Shown: piece by piece, positions 50,542-64,000 of the stretch | Layout: each line of letters starts with the position of its first letter | Numbering within the stretch: the stretch's first letter is position 1 | Assembly (NCBI RefSeq): GCF_033153115.1 | Contig: NW_026889772.1 | Location: 10,726,001-10,790,000 of the forward strand | Source of the DNA: Saccostrea echinata | Taxonomy: Eukaryota | Direction: 5' to 3' | DNA: 64,000 nucleotides | The notes under the pieces: generated by a model | The model's input: the letters and a program-made list of their open reading frames with translations, nothing else | Databases searched by the model: none | What the model was told of the DNA's origin: nothing | Program-made: the position numbers and the translations under genes

Positions 50542-53500
50542 ATGGGGCGACTGGATAGTACTTTTGTTTTTATGCTGTCAGTATGTTCTATAGTTAATTG
50601 TTTTCAAAGAGATCGTAAGTATATATATATTGAATTTAAATACATAAAGATTCTTTTAAAATTATTGTTAGTCGATATGCTAATTACAGGTAAGTAGTTT
50701 CACCTGTGCAGGTTAGGTTTGAAAAATGGCGTCATAATTTGGGGGAAAAAAATCCGGAAATAAATTTTTTAAAATTCCATTTTACTTTATATTTTCTATA
50801 ATTGTTTCTTAAATGTTTCTTTGATCATCGAAAATTACTGTAATTGGTTGAGATATAACCTGTACCTGGAAACCCATACGTTCAGAACATCAGGTCCGTG
50901 TTAGGAAAAAGGGGGGGGGGGTCCTACATGTGCATATTTTACTATTACAGCTCAAGCCGTGAGTTAAAAACTGACATCAATGAGATTTTACCTAATTTCA
51001 AATTAAATTCATGCATACATTTCAGTTTCTAATTAGTGTGCACATGTGCATCTGTTGAGTAGGCAAATTACATAAGGCACATTTTAGACAGGTCCAGTCC
51101 AAAGACTTTTTCTACCTATGTGGCTATTAATAGCTACGTAGGTATTTAAACCTACCCAAAGTAGCTATTTTTACCTACTTTATGCATTACTTGCATTTTG
51201 TGGCCAAACAGCCGAAAGGTGCAACATGGTGAGTACCAAATTTCTTGATACAGTCACACTGATGATGAATACAACAAAATTTTTTACCAAAAAATGATTA
51301 ATTCATAAATTAACAATTTTGCATAGTAATCAATGCAAAATTGTTAATTTACGACATAATCATTTTTTGTCCAAAATTTTGTTGTATTCATCATCAGTGT
51401 GACTGTATCAAGAAATCTGATACTCACCATGTTGCGCCGTTCAGCCGTTTGGCAACAAAATGCAAGTAATGCAAAAAGTAGGTAAAAATAGCTACTTTGG
51501 GTAGGTTTAAATACCTACATAGCATAAATTGCTACGTAGGTAGAAATAGTCTTTGTACTGGACCTGTTAGATGCAGCTTTGACTTACTACATGTATATGA
51601 AATTCAGTACACAAATATGTAGCATTATAATTTACAATGTGCTAGTACTGTAATTTACTGCAATATATAAGAATTTTGCATGAAAGTACACCAATCTTAT
51701 GATCATAATGATAATTCAAAGCTTTATACACACAAATGTAGTTGTAAAAAAATAATAATCCCGGTAACTGAGAAAATATTACAAGACATTCAGTGTAGTT
51801 CAAGAAGTTGTCCTTTTCTGAGTCATAACTGCATTTAAAAAGGCAACATTGAACAACTTTACTTACCACACTTGTTTTTGTAGCGACACCATACAGAGAT
51901 TCTGACTGCCCCGAGGGCACCCCTGTAGGACTAGGTGTAAACAATGGTCGTAGAGTTCCAGACAGTGCCTTTACTGCCTCATCTTCTCATACTAACAGAG
52001 ATCCAGCCAAGGGACGACTAGATGAACAAGCTGGTATGAATTATCTGATGAATTTGATATGAAAAACAGATTTTTAAAAAATAATAAAAGGAAAATTAAT
52101 TATTAAATGTGTTGGGGGTTGAGGGCTGTTAAGTGTCCATTTCCAATTGTTCTTTGATTTACTGATATGAAATTTTTTAAAGTAGTTTTGGGCAGTTTTT
52201 GTACATGAACTTGTCAGATAACTTAAGTATTAAAACCATTATCAGGTGCTTGGACAGCAAAGGTGCAGGATGCCAGTCAGTGGCTTGCAGTGGATTTAGG
52301 ACGTGAATATGTAATCACAAAACTTCAGACACAAGGTCGACAAGGGTCTGGGGAATATGTCAGTGAATATATGTTTGCTTTCTCCAATGACGCAATTACG
52401 TGGCGATATTATACCAATGAATTTGGAATTAGAGAGGTATGTATACTGTAGTATATTTAAAATTCATTTTTATTGAAATTTTAAAAATTTCTTGTAATAT
52501 CTAAGGATTTAATTTAGGAAAATTGTCAAAAAGTTTGATATTGATTTGCTGTTTATTCAGATGTCAAAAAATGGAATGATTTTTCAAACAAGAACACAGG
52601 ATCTTTTATAATATTTGAAGAAGGCATAGTAATAACTAATACATTTGATGTGAAAAATTTTTCTGTAGTCATGGCTGTTATATTTTTTTAATAATTCATA
52701 TGTGCGTTTTTTTTTTCATAGATGTTTGTTGGAAATATTAATTCTCAAGACACGGTTACACGAGTTCTTAAATACCCTGTAATGGGTAGATATGTCAGAT
52801 TCCATCCTCAGCGCTGGGTAGAAATTATTTCTCTTCGGCTCGAAATCTATGGCTGTCCGTACAGTAAGTCAATATGTCACAATTTTTTTTTCAAATTAAC
52901 AAAGGTAAAATTCCCAAATCTTATACTTTAGGTAGTAAGACGAAAATTGGACTAAGTCTGTGGATATAGATGTATATTCATTTTTACATTATTTGTGAAT
53001 ATAGATTGAATCCTTTCTTGAGTTTGAAGAAAAATTATTTTTCACTTTCTAGCCCCGGAAGTGGCCCGGTTCAGTGGGGAGGGTTATATCCATTATGATC
53101 TGTCAACATTAAACCCCCCTCCCAGTACCACATCCGATCAGATAAAACTGCGCTTTAAAACCAGCAACCAAAATGGAGTCCTTCTGTATGCTGATGGTAA
53201 CCAAGGAGATTTCATTGCTTTGCAGCTTCACAGAGGAAATTTGCTTTTCAGTATTGATCTAGGTATGTCAGCCATTTTCTCTGTCTGTAAGTAATGCTAA
53301 TATACAATATTGTCCAAATCAATATATAATGTAATGTCAGATTGTTACTTGATTATAAATTCTGGAAAAATTGTCTTTAATTTATAATTCTTTGAATAAT
53401 TTGCAGAGTTCTCTGTTGCACACTACTGTTTTAGCATTGATTGATTATTGTCATGTTACAAGGAAATCTGGATTGTATAGAATCTACATGTCTATTCTTA

Positions 53501-56500
53501 ATTTAGGATCCACCCAACTGCAGCGTGGATTGACTCAGCAAACGGGGGGCAGTTTATTAGACGACAGTCAGTGGCATGACGTCATCATCAGACGTAATCA
53601 CACGAAGATCACCTTAGTCGTAGATAGGCTGGAGACACATTTCGAGACCAATGGCCTCTTCTATAGACTTAACTTGGATAAAAAGGTCAGAGAGAGCTTT
53701 ATATTTGAACAATGTCTGAACATGAAAATATTTAACATTGTATGAAGACCAGTAAGAGAAATATTTATTTTGTGATAGGTAATTTTGGTAAGATATTGGG
53801 CAAATGCATTTTTGTAAAATATCAAATGTGTAAAGTACATGTATATTTTATTAAAATGTTTAGTTTAATTTTTGCTTAGAAAATAAATTTTTATACTAGT
53901 ACAATTATTCACCATTGAATATTGGCATCATTTAGCATTTTTGTCATACAAAATCCTGATAGTGCTGTGATGTAATATGTTTAATTTTATTTATCGCTCT
54001 CATTTATGATAAATATTAGATGTATAACTGAAAGATTTTTCTAAGCTCTGGCAAGTAATAAATGATAACATGCAGTTAAACATGTAAAATATGCAGTGAC
54101 CTTTTAATGCAGGTTTTCAAGAACCAAATCAGTTGAACAGAGGCAGTTTCCCCTGGGAAATGTGGTCATTTCCCACCAAAATTGATTATATTTTGCCAAT
54201 TATTTTAAGATTTCAATGTAAAATTCTTCCCAAAATTGATGAAAAATGGATGATTGTATAATATGGATGAAAAGCACTGTAATGTTTAATATCTTAAGTA
54301 TATTTTAATTATTCTCTTGTAGATATATTTGGGAGGATTGCTGACTTTTAACATGAATGGTATTACTGTAAAATACAACTTTGATGGTTGTTTGGATAAT
54401 GTTGTGTTTAATGGAATCCGTATGATCAGGGACACAAAGAATGGATTTCAGGGGTTCTCTATGGTTGGGGTGATGCCTGACCCCTGGAACTGCAAGGTAA
54501 CTAGAATTCTACCTGAATCCAGGTACCAAGCAATAATTGATACAAATGTACATTTGTAATGAATAGGGAACCAAATATTTAGAGAGAGTTCACTTCTCCC
54601 CTGGAGAGAATTTGAAATTTGGGAGTTTTTACCCAGAAGTACAGATTTTGAAACCCATTTGTATTTTTTATGTCCCACCCTGAATTTGGCTGGAGCTTAT
54701 AGTATTTGTCATGTCTTCCTTCTTTCCATCCTTCCGCTTGCCTGTCCTTCACACTATGTGTTAAGCTCAGTTTTAAAAAAAAACTGCTCAATATATCTTT
54801 ATCAAACTTCATAAGTAGATACATATTAGTTAGAGCTATTCAACTGCATCCAAATATTTTTGACTTTGACCTTCCCTTTGACCTTGACATCACTTTTCTT
54901 AACTTTGCATTAAGCTCAGTTTCTAAGAAACTATCAAGATATTTTTGTCAAACTTGTATGCTGATACATTTTATTGAGTGCTATTCAACTCCATTAAAAA
55001 AATTTGACCTTTGCCTTCCCTTTGACCTTATAATTCAAAATATTGATATCGTAACACATACACTGACACATTTTGGTGAAAACTATTCAACTGTGTCCAA
55101 AGTTTTTACACATTATTTATTGTTTTGAAAAACTTAGTTTGAAAGAAACTACTGTGGAATCATCATTGTTCATGGGGGACCAATGTTCATGGATTTTGTG
55201 GTTTACCCTTACCCACAAAATTACATCCCCACAAACGTTAATTTTGTCAGCATATTAAGTCATTGAATCTACCGTTTAAATGAGTTACCCACAAAATCAT
55301 GTCCCCACGAACAAGTACAATTTTGCTTGCCCACGAACATTGGCCACAACAAATTAAAATGATTCCACAGTATTCAAGATATTTTCATCAAACTTCATAC
55401 ACTTTACAATTTGGTGAGAGCTGTTCAACTGTGTCATAATTTTCTGACCTTTACGATAACAATATTTTGAATTATAAGGTCAAAGGGAAGGCACTGCACA
55501 TCGGTCAGGTCTGACGGTCCGATGTCTTTAGCATAGACTGTGATACAAACCAAAAAATTGTTTGTAAATGATACAAATTCAAATTTCTAAAATATTAAGA
55601 AATTGTAAACTTTCTATTATTTTCAAAATTTTGTATTTCTGAAATCGCCCTAATAAATGATTAAATCTATACAACTTTTTATTACTTTAAAGGACATTAT
55701 TGTGAAACTTTGAATGAAAAATTAAAATCAGTTTGGTTAATCTTCTTCATTTAACTTCTATAAATATGACTTTAATTGTTATTTTCATGATTTTTGACAA
55801 AAGTTTGTATCGTATGTCCTTAATGTATGTATTTGAATATTAAGAAATAATACTGGCATTGATGTAAATTTAATCAGCTATATGACCTTTCCTTGACTGT
55901 AATGACCTTTCCCGGACAGTAATGACCTTTCCCTGATTGTAATATGGACATATTGTTATTGCTCTCTATCAAAATTACTGCAATTGGTTGAATGACCACT
56001 TATTTTAAGTGTCTGAAATTGCATGAGAAAATAACTAACACCACAGTTACAACATTCCTGTATGCAGTTATAAAATAATATTGATGGTCATTTTTTGAAC
56101 ATGTTGCATTTATCATTTATGGTCCAAATATTTAGCTCTTCTGAACGAACAAAGAGCTAATGCTAGGCCTGGTGTATGGTGTTTGTAAACTTTTTGGAAT
56201 GTGGTCCATATCTCAAGAACCCCTTGGCAATTTATTTCTATCAAATTTGCCATGGAGTATCGTCAAGCCAAGGGCTTTCAGATAATACTAATAATAGGGA
56301 TATAATCCTTAAACAAGGGGAGATAATTTTAAAAAAAAGTAGTGGTTGCTAAAAAATCTTTTCTTGAACCACTGGGTGGATTATCACCACACGAGAGGAT
56401 TTATCAAAAATTAAAAATTATTCAAGGCATCACTTTAGGGCAGATCTCTTAATATCTTTGTTACACAGATGTTTAGACTCATCTTTGTCAGTTGATGTCG

Positions 56501-59500
56501 TGTTTTAATTTGTGGCATTCAGATATGTTGACCTTGAAGTAGGTTAAAGTGACCTACTTTATTTTCTGAATCTTATGGCTTGACATTTTGAAATCTTTTT
56601 ATGCACATGTATATATTTTGAACATACTGATGAGTACCAGTAGGCTCACAAATCTGTAAAGGTAGTGCACCTTGGAACACAGGGATGTGTCAATCCAAAA
56701 GTAGGTCACAGTTTTAAATTTTGAATTTTATCATTATTGACTTTTTTTTTGGCTTGGAGACTAAGATACTTAGAATCCTCAAAACCTGTCAGTTGATATA
56801 CCTTTAAGCCCCAGGATAAGTTGACCCAAAAGTAGGTCAAAGTGATGATGGTGTACACTTTCTCTGAAGAGTGTGTTTAGGCCCTTGGACCTCTCGTAGG
56901 ATATGGTTTTTTGTGGATTTCTGCTGAACTTTGAGAACTAAATATGTGAAAATGACTAAGTGAATGTAAATTTTGTAAATTGGGCAACTCAAATATAATA
57001 AGTTTAATACCTGTTGAGCATCTTTAACTGTTGCTCTATAATGTTCTTTACAAAGGGGAGAGTAACAGTATGTTTTTTCAAAGACTCTCAAAGCCTGTAA
57101 ACTGACCAAGTTTTTAACATGAAAAGATTTAGAAGCTCATCATTCGTAAATTATAATAACTTTTGAAATAAAAACCTGATTCTTGTAGATGATAGCCCCA
57201 ATGCCAGCAACTTTCTTTTCTCTGGATTCCTATATCCTTACCACAAGTGATGCAGGGGGCAATGCCTTCAGAGTCCGTTTTGACTTCCGAACCCATGATG
57301 AAGATGGAATTCTCTTGTATCACGAATTCCAAACAGGGGGCATTTTCAGGGTAAGAGGCTTGGGAAAAGTAATTTTTTACAAAAATATTTGGGTCATTTT
57401 GGATTTTGTCACAATTCAGGCACTGAACATTCTTAAAATATATTGTGGAGATTTTTTGATATATCAGTTATGTTTTCTGACTGTTGTTTTCATGTTGCAT
57501 TACTATATAATTTAGAACATATTTATGTATTTGAAGGCTTCTTTGGATAAAGATGGATACGTAAACTATGAGCTTCAAGATGCAAATGGGCAAAAAATAG
57601 AGGACAAAGTTAGAAACAGTAAGTCTGAGTGGGAAAAATCAGATTTAGAGCTGATGACTTTAATTTCATTGTCAAGTGATGAAAGTTATACATGTACTTG
57701 CAAATTTTTATTTGTTACAGTAGTCTTATATAAATAGAATAAAATGTTTGGCCAGCCCCAGCTGGAGAAAAATGTCTTCTTTTTTTTTTTAGAAAAAATT
57801 AAATTGCAACTCTACATGTACATGTATGAATACCCAAAACTGCATATTTTTCTCACAATAAGGCATAAACTGTTTTCCTGAATACCTAAAAGTCTTTAGA
57901 AAAAAGATCATGTGAAATAGCCAATTTTTTCTTCGAAAAAAGTTAAAATATTGATATCAGGCTTGGATTGCTTAAAATTATTCCAAAATATGGTTCTCTA
58001 TTGTAGTTTTTTTCTTGGCATTAAGTGTCAGATAACTTCATTTAATGTCATACTGCAGCACAGCAGTTCCAGGTACTGTGGTCATTTACTCTAAGTTGTG
58101 CATATACAAATAGGTCACAACTATAAAGGTCAGGTTGCTGGCTTGTACATTATACAGTTTTGGACTGGGGTTGAGGGCAACAATTGATTTATTAGACCGA
58201 TGTGCAAACTGTTGAACAAGGCCGAAAACCAGGGGCAACAGTTTGCGTGCTCACCTGTCCAGCAGACTAACTGTTGCCCAGAACCTGTGTCAACAGCTGT
58301 TTTGTTATACCCATATAATTAAAACTTTAAATCAGCATTGTAATAAGTATTAAATCAGGAATTTTTTATTTGTACCACTGTAGTTCTTAAAGAAAATGTC
58401 ATTTGCTGTCCTAAATGTGCACCATTTATTATGTAAACATATTTTTTGAATAATTTTGGTAATCCATATCATATCGAAACCATATATTGACTTTCTTTGT
58501 ATAGAGTTAGATAGGTTATATACTAGGGATATAACAAACATAGATGTGAAATTCTTTTTCTAAAGAATTTACAAGTTTCAGCAGTGATAATGAATTTGGA
58601 ATAATTAGTGGAAAGACTTTAAAGTAGATTTATTTTACTGACACTCATGCTTGCAGAACAGCAGCATAATTTTTAAACTGTAACCTGACATCATTGTTAA
58701 TTTCCTTTAACAGCGGCCCTGGAGTACACCAGTAGTTTTTCAGATGGTTTATGGCATTCTTTCTCAGTGGTGGCTAACCAGGAAATGTTAAATGTCACTG
58801 TTGACCAGAACTCTAAGGTATCCAGTAGGAAACTGACTCTGGCGTCTGGTTCTGATTACTACATAGGTAAGTTATCTCAAGCCATACATATCATGCATTT
58901 AAATGAATTATGGTTCATTCCTTCATCCACTCTTATAAAATTTTGCTTAAACACTAATGATTTTTCAAAAGAAATATAATTCACAGTTAAATTTTACAAT
59001 TTTATAAAGGAATAAAAGTCATCAATTCCAGTGAGAGTTGTCTCTCATCTCAGAGGGTTGATGAGCCTTAAATTGTTTTAAATGGTTTTGAGATTGACTG
59101 TGTTATAATTTAGAGCTCCTGCTCTGAGATTGACTGAGATATTATAACTGACTGAGAGACTGCTATTCTGAGATAGACTGAAGTTTTGTTTATAAATCAT
59201 TGTAGGTGGCTATACTATTGGAATAAGCTTCCGTGGGTGCATAAGAAACATTGTCCGAGACTACAAACCCCTGGATTTAAAGGGAACTGACTTCACTAGT
59301 AAAGACATTCAAGTGGGAACATGCGGGTTAATTGACAGGTTTGTGAAAACATGGGAAATAATTTAATCCTACAGAAAGCACCACTGGTTTAGCACAACCT
59401 CTGTGGAAAAACAGAATTCTAGATAAAACTTATTTTTTTCCGATTCCCCTCAACGATTCTTAAAGATAATTTAACACTCTCCTGAAACAAATTTATTGTT

Positions 59501-62500
59501 TTCTATGGACAGAACAAACTTTATTTTTTGTTTTAATAAAGATTTCACTCTGTAAAATTTAATTACTTTAGTTGGCTTAATGATGATTTGTCCACTTTGA
59601 AATCCTTTTCATTGAATACATATGTTTTTTAAGGTGTACACCAAATCCATGTGAAAATGGGGGAGTGTGTGATCAGGATTGGAATACTTTTACCTGTGAC
59701 TGTGGAACTTCTGGCTATGAGGGCGCAGTGTGTCATCGATGTAAGTCCACAGACAAATTAATTAAATTTGATAAATTCAGGAGAAAAAGGTGATTTAATT
59801 GTTATTTTTATCATTTTAACCATTACCCTTATTACATCTGTGATCAAAAAAATGAGAGGTAAAATTTATGACTTGAAGGGGAGTTTAATGCATGCAGTAA
59901 AACTCAGTGTTGGTTTGATCAAATTCTTTTTTATGACATTTTTCTCTTTTTTTGTAAAACTGTTTTGGTAAATGAATCGGTAGTGGTAAACAAATCACAC
60001 TAATTTCACGATGTGAATTTAGAAAGTTTTCAGGTAAAAGACCCGAAAACAGTGTAAATGAGTACATGCATGCGTATGTTAATGTGTTAGAAGTTTAATA
60101 TGACGTAATATCTATTTATAGCCTCTTACTATCTGTCCTGTGATATGCACAAAATGTATACATCTGACGAGAACGAGGAAAAAACCTACCTAGACCCAGA
60201 TGGATCAGGGCCTTTGAAACCTTTTCAGGTGCTCTGTTCAGGAAAAGGTACCTTAAAAAAGTTTATACTTATCTCATCCTGTAATTGCAGTGTATCAGAA
60301 AAGTTTGTAGCACACTGAGTCAGTTTTAGACATCACAATAAAATTGCATTTATAATTATGCTATACAGATAATATATGCTAAGAATAGTACTTGACAAAA
60401 AAATCTTTCAATTTAGTTGAGCTTGGAAAAGAAGTGGTGACGAAAATTGGCCACAATAGTGAGGATCTAATCACAGTTAATGGTTACCAGGCACCAAACT
60501 TTTATGTTCGACAAATTGAGTATGACGCTGACCTTCCAGAATTAACGGCTTTGATTGAGCGAGCTGCCACATGTACTCAGGGTCTCTCCTACAAGTGTCG
60601 CAATTCTCGACTTCTCATAAGTCCAGGAAGTAAGTGGGCTGTGTTCATTTCTTATTATCTTTTCAGTAAATATGTAATATTTTGTAATAAGCATACTTTC
60701 ACTTGATTCAGACATTGAACAATTAAATAAGTATCTTAATTCATGCGTATTTAATTAATTGTAAAAAGATCTGACCTATAACTCTATTTAGGAAATAAAC
60801 ACATAATAAAAAGGGTTTCACAATGCAAAGCAAAGAAAAAAAAAGCAACACTAATTTGAGAAAAACAGTGATATGGTTAGTTTGTAATACATGTATGTGT
60901 GATATGAGTATTTTATGCAATGAACACTTTTGTACAATGTGCTATGAACTCTTTAGGTGAAGCACCAGAGTATCCACACTGGGGTTGGTGGGTTGGCAGG
61001 ACTTACCAACCCATGTACTACTGGGGAGGAGCAGCCCCAGGGTCAGGAAAATGTGAGTGTGGTCTGACAGAGGTTGGCTGTGCGGGAGGGCAGAAATTGT
61101 GTAACTGTGATTCACAACTCAATGAGACTGATGAAGGACAGATCCAACACAAGGACTACCTGCCGATTCTTGAGCTTCACTTTGGAGATACGGGAACAGC
61201 TGTGGATAATAAGATTGGATATCATAAAGTGGACAAATTGGAATGTCGAGGCGACAGTAAGTAACAGACAGTTAGAATGTCGAGGCGACAGTAAGTAACA
61301 GACAGTTAGAATGTCGAGGCGACAGTAAGTAACAGACAATTGGAATGTCGAGGCGACAGTAAGTATCAGACAGTTAGAATGTCGAGGCGACAGTAAGTAA
61401 CAGAAAGTTAGAATGTCGAGGCGACAGTAAGTAACAGACAGAATGTCGAGGTGACAGTAAGTAACAGACAGTTAGAATGTCGAGGCGACAGTAAGTAACA
61501 GACAGTTAGAATCAGATAAACATCAGTTAACCCTTGCACCAAAGTTTTGGAACTACTACATCTCTTAAGAAAATATATGTACAGGTATCTGTGTTAAATT
61601 CAAAAAGTCAAAACCTATTGAAGCTGTTGAGCATTTGTCTAGTGAGTCCCTTAATCCCCCCCCCCCCCATTGTTGCATATATATATTTCTAAGGAATTTT
61701 ATGCTTGTTTTGCTGATAAAACTTTAACTGTGTAATGAACTAAAATGAAAATGAATTAATGTAAATGGTTGCTTTTTTATAGACTTGCTGGACAATGTCA
61801 TTACATTTAGAAAGGCCGATGCCTCTATACATCTGTCAACTTTTGAGGCTGAACCCTCTGGTGATATCTGGTTACAGTTTAAAACTACAGCTTTTGATGG
61901 AATAATGGTGCATCAGTCTGGAAAGCCAGATTTTATCAAAATAGCTATTGCAAGTGAGTATTTTGTTTTAGTTTGTATTAAGCATTAAATAATTGCAACG
62001 TTCCTTATGTCGATTGTCTATTGTCATCAGCGCTTCATTGTTTTTGTAAACTTTTTACATTTTTAAATTCTTCTTAGTATTTTTGGTGAGCATTTAGGCC
62101 CATGAGCCTCTGGTTCAATTTTCTTTTTTGGTGCAGCATAGATCTTAAGGCAATGAATTCCTACTGGTTTCTTTTTGCTTTGACAGTTATGCATCTTGAT
62201 TTTTCCTGTTTAAATAGTGCTGAATGAATTCAGAGTACATGTTTTCATTAATGATCTTATTATTTTGTAACAATAAAAAAAAGAATAATCATGAATTTAT
62301 TTCCTCTCAGATGGCAACACTATCCAGTTTAGCTACGATGTTGGAAATGGTGCCCAGGTCATTGAGTACCGATCCACAAATGCTCTAAATGATGACCAGT
62401 GGCACACAGTCCACGTAGAGAAGAACAGAAAGGAAGCTTGGCTGCGTGTGGATAACTTTCCAGCGCAGACATCACAGGAGGGAATAGGAGAGAAGACCAG

Positions 62501-63902
62501 GACTCTAGATCTAACTGGCTACCTCTTCATTGGTAAGTAGGCCTTACAGTTAAAATGAAGTTTATCTGTTTTCATTCTTTTTACTTGTGACTTTATAAGA
62601 GGTTCACCTGTTTTCATGAATAAATCATAATTTATTATCAGCTATATACAATGAGGTACATTGTACAGTGTATTTCAAAAGACTCATGTACAGTTTTCAA
62701 TTTGAAAATTTTACTCATAAGCCACCTTCAGAAAAGTGTGATGTATTAGAAAGAATTTGGGAGTAGTAGTTTGATATTGGTACATAAGATTTTGCATTAT
62801 CAGTTGTGACATTACAGCATGTTTTTTACTTTCCAGGTGCCAGTGTTGAGGACAGAAATGGTTATGTGGGGTGCATGAGGGGCCTGAGGATCAATGGTGT
62901 CCTCCAGGACCTGAGGGGACTTGTACATAGAGAGGAGGTCACCTATGGGGTGTCTGAGGGCTGTGTTGGAAAATGTGCCAACCAGATGTGCTTCAATGGG
63001 GGCACCTGCATTGAGGGCTACTCTGGATACACATGTGACTGTGCTTACACACCATTTAGAGGCTGGAACTGTGGTCGAGGTAAAGAAAACCCGGAAATTG
63101 AACTATTACTGTAAGATTTACTTTTAGGGGAATGTCTAGGGACCCGGGGATTTAGTTCCTCATGTTTACATAAGGAAGTTTTTAAGTATACATGTACATG
63201 CTCATGTGTATTAATTAGTGTACTTAAAAGAAGTATTCAAAGATACCTTCATTTAATGTTGATATCTGTAAATGTATACATTTTGTAATCAAACAATTCA
63301 TACACTCTGATCTATTAAAAGACCATTTTACTTGTATGTACTGTAAATGTACTGTAAATTGCTTTTTGTTTACAAGAACTTGAGTGTAGATTACATATAA
63401 TAACCAGCATTCGTAAAAATTTTGTCCCGCTTATAAAAACAAAGTACCTATCTCATGTAAATAAGGTTTTGCGAAAATTTGGTGACCTACAGTATGTTAA
63501 GAAATAAAAAAAACAAGGTAGAAAAATGACAATTCCCAGTGAACAGATTTCTTCATAGATGATCGATGAATAGATAAGAAATTATTAATAGTAAATATAT
63601 GTAAGTAAAAAAATACTTTTTAAGTTTTTGTTTTATATGATGAATTTTACTGCCCACGAGCCATTGGGCATACAGCATTTATTTTGTTATAATCATAATT
63701 AAATTGTTTTTTATAGAGGTGGGTGTGAATTTGCTGAAGGAGTACATGATTCAGTATGAGTTTAGCAATCAGCAGGGTCTCTCTGCCACAGACTTCATGC
63801 ATGTAAGAGTGGGATTCACCACTAAAAAGAAACAGGGTATCTTGCTGCAGCTTCAGGATGCCACAAATACAGAGTACATCTCCCTGGAGGTGAACAATGC
63901 TG
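50542..63902 (+). CDS. Nrx-IV: Neurexin IV / contactin-associated protein (Caspr, CNTNAP-like), 5' 19 exons, continuing beyond the window
   Basis: In-frame exons: 50542-50614, 51884-52033, 52246-52436, 52722-52863, 53053-53262, 53507-53685, 54323-54496, 57189-57350, 57537-57618, 58714-58866, 59206-59338, 59634-59740, 60122-60247, 60417-60629, 60957-61256, 61783-61953, 62311-62532, 62837-63079, 63717-63902. Domain order: signal peptide, discoidin F5/8C ([16 protein letters not shown]), LamG, LamG, EGF ([10 protein letters not shown]), fibrinogen-like ([16 protein letters not shown]), LamG, EGF, LamG. Confidence 0.92.
51088..51567. mobile_element. 480-bp foldback MITE in Caspr intron 1
   Basis: Near-perfect palindrome acaggtccagt...actggacctgt with a loop of about 8 nt; tag on both flanks. 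Confidence 0.85.
55152..55370. mobile_element. TA-flanked MITE (Tc1/mariner-like)
   Basis: ta|ctgtggaatcat...atgattccacag|ta. Confidence 0.7.
61236..61511 (+). repeat. 34-bp minisatellite (8 copies) spanning the Caspr exon 15 splice donor
   Basis: Unit agttagaatgtcgaggcgacagtaagtaacagac; one copy is 4 bp shorter. Confidence 0.95.
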
Positions 63903-64000
63903 GTACGTATAATAGATCGTACAGTTCAGTGACCAAGGGACACAAACTGGTGACTGGTCATATTCAAAAGTTAATATATGGTTTGGATTGATTCATTTTA

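Noticed and set aside
61236-61511. CRISPR array
   Set aside because: Head-to-tail repeats with no unique spacers, in a eukaryotic intron, with no cas genes.

Overview
AT-rich, intron-containing animal genomic DNA with two assembly gaps. The host is most likely an oyster or another bivalve, inferred from Cg170-type satellite HINE elements, a Meta/Deu-type SINE and the Penelope-like families. Genes: (1) the 5' end of an unidentified minus-strand gene running off the left edge; (2) a tandem pair of minus-strand animal-type (GH13) alpha-amylase homologues with intact exon structure, both lacking the catalytic nucleophile Asp and the His-Asp of conserved region IV, so probably pseudoenzymes; (3) the first 19 exons of a plus-strand neurexin IV/Caspr (CNTNAP-like) gene running off the right edge. 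Positions 6.3-19.4 kb form a four-level nested insertion with target-site duplications: Penelope-like > CR1/L2-type LINE > Gypsy-derived element > P-element-like DNA transposon. The Gypsy-derived element has TA..TA termini and two dissimilar 'LTRs'. The rest holds many MITEs and HINEs, a SINE, LINE and HERO-like fragments, an array of RFX X-box palindromes spaced about 175 bp apart, and a tandem amplification of a Caspr splice donor. Exon boundaries and TSDs were read by hand.
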